Origin: an uncultured Bacillales bacterium
Lineage (GTDB): Bacteria; Bacillota_I; Bacilli_A; RF39; UBA660
Direction: 5' to 3'
Assembly (NCBI GenBank): GCA_949948745.1
Contig: CATLHA010000002.1
Coordinates: 11,195-75,194, forward strand
DNA length: 64,000 nt
Below, in pieces: positions 1 to 9,249 of this stretch. The notes beneath the pieces were generated by a model that saw nothing but the letters and a program-made list of their open reading frames with translations, was not told the origin of the DNA and ran no database searches. A program made the translations under genes and the position numbers. Numbering within the stretch: position 1 is the first letter of the stretch; each line of letters opens with the position of its first letter.

Positions 1-3000
1 AACAGAAACCATTTTTTGATAACCGACTTCTGTCATATTATCACTAACAAAATTATCATGCGGATATCGACCACGTTTTTCGGCTAAATGGTTATCTCCA
101 AAATCCCAAATCTGATATTCTTTTTTAAATTCAGAAAAATTTTTACCAACAGATGCATCCACAAAATTTTTTGCTGCATCAATAAAGGAACCTCCATTTT
201 GTAAAATCCAATTTTCGATTCCAACACCGCCTAAGCCACCTTGTGGATTTTCACTATGACCAGATTTATATACTTCTGCTTCTTTTAATACTTGTTTCGC
301 TAAAAGAATATTTGCGATAATATAAGGATATTTTTCTGGACTATTTTTTTGAATATTAGTCAGCCTATCCACTAAAGAAACATCTGTTGAATAGAAAACC
401 TTATCCGTTTTTTCTGCAAAAGTAATGTCAATATCAACAATAGTCTTCTCATCAATTTCAACCTTTTTAAGTCTAAAGTCGCCAGCAGATGTTACCTCTT
501 TTGTTGCCTCCTTTCCTAAATTCCTTAAAATTGTAGTTTTTAAGTTTTCTATTTTAGAAGGATCACTTAATAAGGATTTATCTAATCTCATCAAAAAGTC
601 AAAATCGCCATCACCAGGCTTATTCGTTCCTCTACCAGTAGAACCAGTATCAATTAGTTCTACAAAACCTTCCGTTAAATCACCATCAATTGTTGTTTTA
701 AGTTCTAAACCCAACTCATTTAATGATTGTTGAATCACCTCATTAATTTTCTTCTTCTTTGCCCTCGTAATATAATTACTTTGTTCTATCTCTTCTAACA
801 TCATTTCAGGAACACCCATCATCAAATTATTAGAAAACTTGTAATCATACTCATCAAAATAAGTAAGTCCACTCATCTTTTCTCTTAACTTATCATAATC
901 ATCTGGGGTAAATACTATCTTTCCTTTCATGTCTACAACAGGAATATAAAAACCATTCATACAAATTTCAAGTCCAACAGCAGGATTATAATCATCCATC
1001 AATATATAATTAATTTCACTAGAAGCAAATCCAGTTCTTATTCCATAGTGATCAGGTCCTAAAACTCCTGTATAAAAAGCTTCCAACTTAGACATATCCT
1101 TTTTTTCACTAGAGTTCTCAGTAGAAGTCCTTGTTATATCAAAACGATCATCTCTTTTTAATACAAACCAAATCGGACCATATTTCCTAGAAGCGGTTTC
1201 TTCTATTTTTTCTTGAATTGTTCCTTCTTCTTTAATAATCATAGATACATCTGTATCTAAAGGCGTTGAATCACTTCCTGCACTAGAACCGAGATATTCT
1301 TTAGAAACACTACCATTTTGTAAAATATTTCTTAAATAAGTAATATCTCCTATTCCTTTTACAAAATCTCCTGCTTCAAGTTTCATTTCAGAATTAGAAG
1401 ACATTCTGTTTCTAATATTTGCACTATCTTTTTTTTGACGAACATATTCTTTTGCTTGTTCTAATGTGTCAATTCCTGCAAGTCCACAAAACATTCTAAC
1501 AACTCGATTTGCTAAATTATAATCTAGTGTGCCATCTGGTGAGAATAATTTCTCTAATTTTGAAATATCCTCTATCTCATTTCCTGTAAGCGAAAATTTT
1601 TCTGTATTCATTTTTCCATGCAAAGTATTGTTATAAAGAGTTGCCAAATGCTTACTAAAAGTTGTTAACTCTTCCCTTTGTGATTCATCTAACATATTCA
1701 ATTGAATTTGCCCAGATTTTACATCTTTATATAATTTAGAGCCTATCTCAATATTTTTTAAATAAGAATTGATAGATTTATTATTAGAGCCAAAAGATGC
1801 TTTTAATAAATCGGAAAATATAATTGTTTTTCTTCCCATCATAGAAGAATTTTGAAGAACAGGAGACATCATAGGTGCTGCAAAATCAAATCCTTCAAGA
1901 TTAGGATGAAGTATTTCAAAACAAGAATACACCTTACCAACAATCGGAATATTATTTTTAATAAATACATCTTCAATTTTATTCAAACTTTCTATAGGAT
2001 CATGCGAATTTAATATCTGCGTTGCTAATTCCTGTCGGAATGTAAAAATTTCACTAGAATTTGAAGAAGATAACCTAGATAGCACAGTAGAAATATAGGA
2101 AAGTTTATCTATATCAATAGAATTTTGAAATTTTTTTACATATTCTCTAAATGTTTCTTGAAATAGAGAGTCTGAAATTTTTGAATAAGCAGAAACAACT
2201 TTTAGCCTACTCATATTTGCTTTCTTCGAATCCTCGCAATTACTAAATAAGGGAATAATCCAAGAAAAGTTTCCAGGTAATCCACAAACAACATTTGTAT
2301 TACCAAATAAATCTAGTAAAGTAGAATCTTCAAAATCACTAGTTGTAAATTCTCTATTATAAAATTTTTGGCGAATTTCTAAAGGCAAAGTAGAATCTAA
2401 AAATAATGTTGGATTTGCATTTTTAAAGCGCTCTGGAGCATCTTCATTATATTTCATTTTTCCATCAATAATCCCCTTGAGCAAATTAGAGTCCATCTCA
2501 TTCAGTATATCTTCTTTTGTAAAATCAGACTTTAGTCTAAATTCACGCAATTGATTCCATCTAAAAATAGAATCAAGATAATCTCCATATTCTAATATGA
2601 AGTCAAAACTAGTATCTGAGTCAAATACTTGTTTAATCGCATTCACTAAGTTAATAGAATAATATCTTTTATTATCATCTTCAATAAAAACTGGCATATA
2701 CTTATAAATTAATTCTAAATCAACATCTTTTAAATATCTTCGATAAATTGGATTTTTCAAAATCTTTGATGAACGGACTGTTCTATTATAAAAAGCGTCT
2801 TGTAATTCTTTAGGAGCATTAGAATCTAAAAACAAGTGAGGACAATCTACAAGAAGACTTTGTGGAACAAATTTAGGATAAATTTTTTCTTTTTCAATCA
2901 TGATTTTTCTAAACAAAGCATTCATTTTTTTTCTAATTTGATCAATATCATCATCTTTGAAAATTTTAAATTCAACTTCGTAACTACTTGTGCTTAATAA

Positions 3001-4536
3001 ATTATTTCCAAAAATAATATCATATACATCCCTATAATCAATAATAAAATCCATAAGATGATGAAAATCCATTTTACGTCCAAGAAACTCATAAAGGTTT
3101 TCATACCCCAATAGGTTACCACTACCCTCTACTGGAATTTGTCTTGGTTTTAAACAGGAACTTAGATTTTTTCCTTTTAGGTATTCTAAATATTCTCTAT
3201 GTTCAGCTAAAAACTTAGGAGTAATAGATTTTTTATAAAATTTATCCTGTAATTCTAATGGTGCTTCTTCGGAAATAAATAGTGTACTATTTCTTAGTCG
3301 AAATTCACCCGTAATATTTCTGTAATCAATAGCTTTATTCATATAGTCAAAATTGCTTGGTCCATAGACTATCATTCTTCTCATAGCCTCATAGAATTCT
3401 TCCTTTGTATATCCTCTTTCTATATAATTTCCATTTTCATCATAAGTTTTCTTTGTATGAATTGATTTTTGTGGATCAGGTTCATTTCCAGAATAATGCA
3501 AATACAGCGTATTCATCATTCCTAACATCAAACAATTATTACTAGTAAAAAAGTGCCCGCATTCATTATCAAAATCAACAATATTTTTAAGTCCATAAAA
3601 AGATAGAAAGGCTATCACATTATAGTCTTTAAATCTTTTAAAAGGAATTGGAGAATTCCATATATAATCAGGTGGAAGAGTTTCTAGTTCTTTAGATATA
3701 CGATTTATATCCTTCTCATAACTCGGATAAATTTTTTTCAAATAATCCTGAATAGAAGAATATTGGAACAACAATCTATATTCTTCTTGATTTAAGATAA
3801 TAGACTGACTATTCTCTTCTATTGTTCTTGATAAAATTTGATCTGTAACTTTTTTCATACATTCTGTTACCTCAGATGGATTCTTACAATTACTTACCTC
3901 CGAAATAACTTGATATAGATTAGAATGTTTAAAAATCAATATAGCGATATCAGAAAAATTATCCATGAAATTTTTAACTTGCTCACTTGTAATATGAGAA
4001 ACATTATTTCTATCGTTCTTTAAACAATAACCTAAGTCTTTTTCTTTATATAAATCCCACTGATCAATAAAATCTTTTAGGGATGTGTTTCCACGATTAA
4101 AATTACGTGCAATATATTGATATGGAAGATTTTTTTCCTCCTCCTCACTAAATAATCGATTAGAATATACTTTTTTCATTCCATCAGGATACTTAGATGG
4201 TTCTATTTGATCTTTTATAATTTCATATAAAGAGAGATTGATATCATCTGTAGATGGATCTACCTCATATTTTAACAATTCTATAAAATGAGATGATTGT
4301 AGATATAAATCGCCAGTAAATAATGTTATATCTAAATTTTTTATCTTTTCAATCCCAAACTTTTCAACAATTTGTCTATCTGATTCAAATAAACAAGTAG
4401 TTGGAATTTTATCTATCAAGTGATATTCTAACATTTCTTTTAAAGAAAGTGTACAATTGTAAATATTAGATAATATATACTTTGGTACTTTTAACCTTTT
4501 TCCAAAAAGTTGTCCCTTTTTATATTTGTAATTCAT
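1..4536 (-). CDS. Giant multidomain protein, N-terminal >1511 aa only (C-terminus lies beyond the window edge); Pol-beta-type nucleotidyltransferase domain (GlnE/GlnD/NTP_transf_2-like) near the in-window C-terminal end; ~150-aa internal repeats
   Basis: ATG at 4534-4536 (minus) follows an AGGAGA SD. Hand translation of many 60-nt blocks (4536-4261, 1080-961, 480-1) stays open in one frame through position 1. The ORF track shows no ORF of 60 aa or more in any frame across 733-4627, as expected for an unterminated ORF. The sequence encoded at ~420-640 is LIDTGSTGRGTNKPGDGDFDFLMRL...IVDIDITF, a G[GS]-x9-11-DxD plus third-Asp NTase signature, followed by GGLGGVGIENWILQNGG. Confidence 0.6.
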   Translation of the reverse strand, partial: MNYKYKKGQLFGKRLKVPKYILSNIYNCTLSLKEMLEYHLIDKIPTTCLFESDRQIVEKFGIEKIKNLDITLFTGDLYLQSSHFIELLKYEVDPSTDDINLSLYEIIKDQIEPSKYPDGMKKVYSNRLFSEEEEKNLPYQYIARNFNRGNTSLKDFIDQWDLYKEKDLGYCLKNDRNNVSHITSEQVKNFMDNFSDIAILIFKHSNLYQVISEVSNCKNPSEVTECMKKVTDQILSRTIEENSQSIILNQEEYRLLFQYSSIQDYLKKIYPSYEKDINRISKELETLPPDYIWNSPIPFKRFKDYNVIAFLSFYGLKNIVDFDNECGHFFTSNNCLMLGMMNTLYLHYSGNEPDPQKSIHTKKTYDENGNYIERGYTKEEFYEAMRRMIVYGPSNFDYMNKAIDYRNITGEFRLRNSTLFISEEAPLELQDKFYKKSITPKFLAEHREYLEYLKGKNLSSCLKPRQIPVEGSGNLLGYENLYEFLGRKMDFHHLMDFIIDYRDVYDIIFGNNLLSTSSYEVEFKIFKDDDIDQIRKKMNALFRKIMIEKEKIYPKFVPQSLLVDCPHLFLDSNAPKELQDAFYNRTVRSSKILKNPIYRRYLKDVDLELIYKYMPVFIEDDNKRYYSINLVNAIKQVFDSDTSFDFILEYGDYLDSIFRWNQLREFRLKSDFTKEDILNEMDSNLLKGIIDGKMKYNEDAPERFKNANPTLFLDSTLPLEIRQKFYNREFTTSDFEDSTLLDLFGNTNVVCGLPGNFSWIIPLFSNCEDSKKANMSRLKVVSAYSKISDSLFQETFREYVKKFQNSIDIDKLSYISTVLSRLSSSNSSEIFTFRQELATQILNSHDPIESLNKIEDVFIKNNIPIVGKVYSCFEILHPNLEGFDFAAPMMSPVLQNSSMMGRKTIIFSDLLKASFGSNNKSINSYLKNIEIGSKLYKDVKSGQIQLNMLDESQREELTTFSKHLATLYNNTLHGKMNTEKFSLTGNEIEDISKLEKLFSPDGTLDYNLANRVVRMFCGLAGIDTLEQAKEYVRQKKDSANIRNRMSSNSEMKLEAGDFVKGIGDITYLRNILQNGSVSKEYLGSSAGSDSTPLDTDVSMIIKEEGTIQEKIEETASRKYGPIWFVLKRDDRFDITRTSTENSSEKKDMSKLEAFYTGVLGPDHYGIRTGFASSEINYILMDDYNPAVGLEICMNGFYIPVVDMKGKIVFTPDDYDKLREKMSGLTYFDEYDYKFSNNLMMGVPEMMLEEIEQSNYITRAKKKKINEVIQQSLNELGLELKTTIDGDLTEGFVELIDTGSTGRGTNKPGDGDFDFLMRLDKSLLSDPSKIENLKTTILRNLGKEATKEVTSAGDFRLKKVEIDEKTIVDIDITFAEKTDKVFYSTDVSLVDRLTNIQKNSPEKYPYIIANILLAKQVLKEAEVYKSGHSENPQGGLGGVGIENWILQNGGSFIDAAKNFVDASVGKNFSEFKKEYQIWDFGDNHLAEKRGRYPHDNFVSDNMTEVGYQKMVSV

Positions 4537-4626
4537 AAGCATCTCCTATGATTACATTATATCACATACATTTTACATTTTTCAAAAAAAGAAAAAGAAA
4601 GACCATATAAGCCTTTCAAGATCATT

Positions 4627-5115
4627 TTACTCATCAATTTTATTTTTTAAAATAATACTTTCTAAAGAAGAATATACTTGATCTATTTCTTCTTTTTTTC
4701 CTTCAATTGCGACTACATTCATGCGAGGAGAGATATATTTATCAATTTCAAACACAACATTTTTCTTTTTAAAAACAATACGTTTTCTTTTAAATATCTT
4801 AATATTTGTTAAATCTAGTATTTGAATTAAAGAATCAACAAATTTTTTATTTTCTTTTGTAATAACTAAATCTTCTGATTCTCTAGAAATTTTTAATGGA
4901 CTACTATTTAAATTATCATCTTTAAAATTTAAAATACTAACTTTCTTATCATTATAAGTATTCGTAGTAATTCTAGCCATAACTTTTCCACCATTTTTAT
5001 ATAAGGTACGAACTTGTTTATATTCTTCTACTATTTTATAATGATTCTCTTCACAATATTTAATAAAATCATTTACACTTTTTACTTTAAAACTATATTC
5101 ATATTCTTCATTCAT
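4627..5115 (-). CDS. CYTH-like (CyaB/thiamine-triphosphatase-type triphosphate tunnel) domain protein, tentative
   Basis: 162 aa. N-terminal EEYEYSFKV and C-terminal KRKRIVFKKKNVVFEIDKY...NVVAIEGK resemble the CYTH beta-strand motifs (ExExK ... hDxhxG..hEhE). The start overlaps the upstream stop (TAATG at 5113-5117). Confidence 0.4.
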   Translation of the reverse strand: MNEEYEYSFKVKSVNDFIKYCEENHYKIVEEYKQVRTLYKNGGKVMARITTNTYNDKKVSILNFKDDNLNSSPLKISRESEDLVITKENKKFVDSLIQILDLTNIKIFKRKRIVFKKKNVVFEIDKYISPRMNVVAIEGKKEEIDQVYSSLESIILKNKIDE

Positions 5116-6503
5116 TATTTTTTCCTCTTCATAAGTACTGGATTTGGATAATTAAATCTAGTAAAAACTTGATATTCTGGATATCCTACTAAAAAATGCA
5201 TACTTGCTTCACATGCATCATCTGTAGAATGCACATAATTTGTAAGTAAATTAGGATCCCATAACATTTTTTCACCATTAAACCATTCTACATAATGACC
5301 TTTAATTTTTTGTCCATAATTCTTTCGAATCCAATGCTTTCTTTCATTTAATAGATCTTGATCATCGTTTAATAAAATAACTTTATTAGGGCCTTTCATC
5401 TGATAGTTATATTTCATACCATGTGGATGAAAGAAACTCATAGGATATAAACCAAGTTCTGATTTTTCCCCTATATTACAATCATACTCTGTAATTAATC
5501 TTCTTTGATCTGGAATCATAGATAAAGTAACAGATTTAGAAATTCCTAATAAATAAGAAGAAGATTTAATAATAATAACGTTATATCCAAATTCATAGAA
5601 TAACCGTGGCGTAATATGATTATATAAAATTGACATATCCCTTAAATCTAAATATTTATCTTTCTTCTCTTCTCCAATAATCTTTTGTGCCTCAATTTGT
5701 TGTGCTTTATAATCTTTACTATTTTCTAGTAAGAATTCTAAATTAGATTTCCAACGTTCAATTACTGGTTCCTTATGAATATCATTTAACTGTTCTATAT
5801 TTTCAAACTCAGTAATTTTATCAAAAAATTCATGTTTTAAAATTTCTTTCAAATGAGAAAAATTACTATCCATAACACATTCGTAATATCGATAAAATAA
5901 TCCATCTAAATAATCAACATTCTGAAGTGACTTTTTAAAGATATTATAATTTTCAATCTGAGAATAGTTATATTGTCCATGAGAAATATAATACATATCA
6001 TTTCGAATAAGAGAAATTAATTCTTCTAAAGTAGAATCCACTACTGTATAAGACTGATAGATATCTTGATGTTCTAAATCAATAACTTTTCCATAAGTAT
6101 AACCAACATCTGGAGTAGTATCTACCATAAATGTTTTATTATTAGGAGCTTCTACAATAACAACAAAATGATATAAAGAACTATTTTTTAAATCAATATT
6201 CTTTCTACTGTTTACCAAAGCCAAATGACTCTTTGGAAAAAGGTTTAAATCATGAATATAATCTAAAAACACTTTAGAAGAAGTAAAATCATCTCCCATT
6301 AATATATCTCTATCATTATTTGGATTGGGATACTTCATATAAATCATGCTTTGCCTAACAAGATCCGCTAGTACTTGTAGTTGCTCTTTCACATATAATT
6401 TAGAGAATTCACGCACCATTGGAGTTTCAGAAAATGTTTCCGTAGAATCAGAAATTGGAACTAAGTCCTCTAATCTTGGTAAGTATTTATTCATAATCAT
6501 CAC
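5115..6503 (-). CDS. hypothetical protein (462 aa), no recognisable motif
   Basis: Long ORF translationally coupled on both sides (overlaps at 5115 and 6487-6503). Confidence 0.6.
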   Translation of the reverse strand: MMIMNKYLPRLEDLVPISDSTETFSETPMVREFSKLYVKEQLQVLADLVRQSMIYMKYPNPNNDRDILMGDDFTSSKVFLDYIHDLNLFPKSHLALVNSRKNIDLKNSSLYHFVVIVEAPNNKTFMVDTTPDVGYTYGKVIDLEHQDIYQSYTVVDSTLEELISLIRNDMYYISHGQYNYSQIENYNIFKKSLQNVDYLDGLFYRYYECVMDSNFSHLKEILKHEFFDKITEFENIEQLNDIHKEPVIERWKSNLEFLLENSKDYKAQQIEAQKIIGEEKKDKYLDLRDMSILYNHITPRLFYEFGYNVIIIKSSSYLLGISKSVTLSMIPDQRRLITEYDCNIGEKSELGLYPMSFFHPHGMKYNYQMKGPNKVILLNDDQDLLNERKHWIRKNYGQKIKGHYVEWFNGEKMLWDPNLLTNYVHSTDDACEASMHFLVGYPEYQVFTRFNYPNPVLMKRKK

Positions 6504-7785
6504 CTAAAATCTTCCTGAAAAAATAATCAAAATTTTGAATTAAGTTATAATCATTTTCTAATCTTTTTTGCGCATTTTTATTAAATCGAATCATATCTTC
6601 TTCATTAAAATGTTTTAAAATTTTCTGAGTACTACTTTCTATATCATTTAAATCAACTAAAATACCATCTTCTAAATCCTCAATTTGTTCATGAAGACCA
6701 CCACGATCATTCGCAACAATTAAAACATTATCTTTCTTAAAACGACGTATTTCATTAATAATTAAACCAAAGATTTCCCTTTCAGATGGAATTAACATAA
6801 TCATGGGTTTAGAAAAGTATTTAACAATATACTGAGGTAAGAAAAATGGTGGATCTACATATAGCAAAGATGATGTTTCCTCAGCTTTCTTTTTATAATC
6901 TTCAATGATTGGTTGTCCATCAAAATATTGCTGTGTAATAATGATTGGCTTCACTTTTAAACTATTTCCTAAAACCATTGCTTGCTCTAGGTTTTTATAT
7001 TTTTCAGCACGACCAAATGCCATTAAAATAGAATCGTATTGATTTAAATCTTCTAATATATTTTTCATTGTATCTGTTTCATCATAAGAATTTTCTCTTG
7101 ATAGAATTTCACCATTAATAATATTAATATTTTTTTCTTCTTTTAATTGATACTCTTTAATTAAATGATCATGAATATATACACCTGTAGAAATTAAATA
7201 GGTATTAGAATCTTGATTAATATAATCAACAGCAGCTTGCTCCCAATCAATATGCTCCTTATGTAATTGATCCTCTTCTGAAATTGAAGAATCTACATTA
7301 TAAATTTTTCCAGTAGAATGTGGTATCCAAGCTTTAATACTATTTTTCTCATCTTTAATCATAGAAAGTAAGCATGCAAAAGGAGTGTCGTTACATAAGG
7401 TAACTACATAATCATACTGATTAAAATCAATCTCATTGATAATTCTTGCGACATTTTGACTAGCTAAAGTCCAATTTTTCACATTTCCAAAACTAGTCTC
7501 TCCATTTGTTCCATTAGGAACAATATATAAAGAGGAATTTTCTAACTCCTTATGAAAATCCCAAAGTTCTTTGTTATAACCCATACTATCTTCATTAAAT
7601 TCTAAAGTAAATAAATTTAAATGATAATCAATATTTTTTTCTTTTAGTAAAATTGTTAATACTTCAATATATCTTCTAACAATGGTTCCTACTCCTGCAT
7701 AATGACTAATAATACCATCATGGCCACACAAATTAATTAATAATTTCATTGATAACTTCCTCCATATTATTTTTTCTATATTCAA
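6487..7785 (-). CDS. GT-B fold glycosyltransferase (GT4-like)
   Basis: The C-terminal PSEREIFGLIINEI...VANDRGGLHEQIEDLEDGILVD matches the GT4 E-x7-E / GG..E..DG..G.LV signature. Confidence 0.6.
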   Translation of the reverse strand: MNIEKIIWRKLSMKLLINLCGHDGIISHYAGVGTIVRRYIEVLTILLKEKNIDYHLNLFTLEFNEDSMGYNKELWDFHKELENSSLYIVPNGTNGETSFGNVKNWTLASQNVARIINEIDFNQYDYVVTLCNDTPFACLLSMIKDEKNSIKAWIPHSTGKIYNVDSSISEEDQLHKEHIDWEQAAVDYINQDSNTYLISTGVYIHDHLIKEYQLKEEKNINIINGEILSRENSYDETDTMKNILEDLNQYDSILMAFGRAEKYKNLEQAMVLGNSLKVKPIIITQQYFDGQPIIEDYKKKAEETSSLLYVDPPFFLPQYIVKYFSKPMIMLIPSEREIFGLIINEIRRFKKDNVLIVANDRGGLHEQIEDLEDGILVDLNDIESSTQKILKHFNEEDMIRFNKNAQKRLENDYNLIQNFDYFFRKILGDDYE

Positions 7786-8266
7786 TTACTTTAAAATTTT
7801 TCGCATACTTCTTCAAATTAAATAATGTTAAAGCATGTGTTAATTTTAAATTATCAATAGAACCAAATGGATTTTTATCATCCTCCAAAGATGGATGGTA
7901 TTCCTCTGGATGATATAAATAATATGTATATGTAGTATCGTCTTTATAAATATCACTAAATTTTTGAAACCATTTTTCGACATAAGAGGCATCATAACTG
8001 TTATCAATCAAATGATTTACTTGATTATAAACTAAAGTGCTGATAGGTCCACGATCAACAATTGTTAAATCTTTCTTACGATTAAAAACCTTCATTTCAT
8101 CATTTTTTAAGAAAACTTCCTCAGGATCAATAAATGGATTATCAATGTCTGGATTAATTAATTCATCGACAATTTCTACACCATCAAGACCCATTTCTTT
8201 AATTTTCGTTACCATTGTCGTCTTCCCAACACCAGGCAATCCTTCAATAAAAATCATTTTCTTCAT
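7733..8266 (-). CDS. P-loop nucleoside/nucleotide kinase-like protein (dNK/TMPK-like fold)
   Basis: Walker A IFIEGLPGVGKTT and a DRGPIST (DRS-like) motif. The ORF-track start (TTG at 8278) lies inside the SD; ATG AAG AAA ATG (MKKMIFIEG) at ~8266 is the more plausible start. Confidence 0.45.
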   Translation of the reverse strand: MKKMIFIEGLPGVGKTTMVTKIKEMGLDGVEIVDELINPDIDNPFIDPEEVFLKNDEMKVFNRKKDLTIVDRGPISTLVYNQVNHLIDNSYDASYVEKWFQKFSDIYKDDTTYTYYLYHPEEYHPSLEDDKNPFGSIDNLKLTHALTLFNLKKYAKNFKVIEYRKNNMEEVINEIIN

Positions 8267-8334
8267 TACTACCACCAACCAAACTAAATTTTATTTATTA
8301 GATTACCACAAACAAGAAGAAAAGTATAGTTTTT

Positions 8335-9234
8335 TTACTTAGAAAGTACCTCTTGAATCCTTTTTAAAATTTGCTCACTTGCCCTATCATAACATTGTTT
8401 GGTATCCCCAGAAATATCTTTACTATAAATAATATTTTCATAATCTAGAATCTCTTCTAAATCTGAATCAATCGTTGCCTTATCACAAATATAATAATTG
8501 TCCTTATTTTGTAACCACTCTTTTAAAGAGGCAAATTCGTAACACTTTCCAATCGAAGTATTGACAATAATTTTTCCATTACCAAATTGCTTTAATCGAC
8601 TTCCACCAATCAAACAAACATCTCGGTTTACATTGATAGATAAAATATCAACAGTAGATAATAGTTCTTCCAACTCTAAATATGTAATATTTAATTGTTC
8701 TTCTAAATTTTTCTTTCTTGTTCTACTATAATAATAAATATCAGCATCAAAAAAAGAAAATAAAGAAGCTACTTTACTGCCTAGATTTCCAAGACCTAAA
8801 ATTCCAACTTTTAAATTGGATAAGTCAAGAATTTCATTTTTCCATCTCTTTCCAGAAAAACCATGAAGTAACTGAATCACAGAAGAAATTGTAAACTCTA
8901 AAACACCGTGATCCCCATGTCCAGATAAATAAGAATATGTAATATTTTTATCTTCTAAAGCATCGATATCCACTTTACAAAATTCCTTTCCATAATAAGA
9001 ACAACAAAGCATAACATGTTTTAAATTTCTACAAGAATAAATTACTTCCTTAGAAATGACAGTTCTAGAAGAAACCAAAATGCAATCTGCATCTTGAATT
9101 CTTTCTAATATCTTTTTTTGATCTAAAGTAGGAACATCAAAAGAAACCAATTCCTGGCAATAATTCTTTAATTCTTTCTTGGATGGTTCATTTAATAAAA
9201 CTGGTTCTACAATAACTATTTTTTTAAATTTCAT
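8335..9234 (-). CDS. D-isomer-specific 2-hydroxyacid dehydrogenase family protein (divergent)
   Basis: NAD-binding GILGLGNLGSKVA...D; the usual NTARG catalytic Arg is replaced (NTSIG). Confidence 0.5.
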   Translation of the reverse strand: MKFKKIVIVEPVLLNEPSKKELKNYCQELVSFDVPTLDQKKILERIQDADCILVSSRTVISKEVIYSCRNLKHVMLCCSYYGKEFCKVDIDALEDKNITYSYLSGHGDHGVLEFTISSVIQLLHGFSGKRWKNEILDLSNLKVGILGLGNLGSKVASLFSFFDADIYYYSRTRKKNLEEQLNITYLELEELLSTVDILSINVNRDVCLIGGSRLKQFGNGKIIVNTSIGKCYEFASLKEWLQNKDNYYICDKATIDSDLEEILDYENIIYSKDISGDTKQCYDRASEQILKRIQEVLSK

Positions 9235-9249
9235 CTTTCTTCTCCCACT

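Noticed and set aside
425-733. Plus-strand 102-aa ORF, and similar plus-strand ORFs at 8037-8342, 11391-11612, 13233-13439, 23606-23993, 26195-26629, 28167-28499, 29126-29463, 32416-32767, 35249-35778 and others
   Set aside because: All lie antisense inside well-supported minus-strand genes and have low-complexity composition. Examples are the Cys/Trp-rich 32477-32767 ORF mirroring the Pro/Thr repeats and the F/L/S-rich ORFs mirroring the KE repeats. No SD contexts were seen. They are shadow ORFs.
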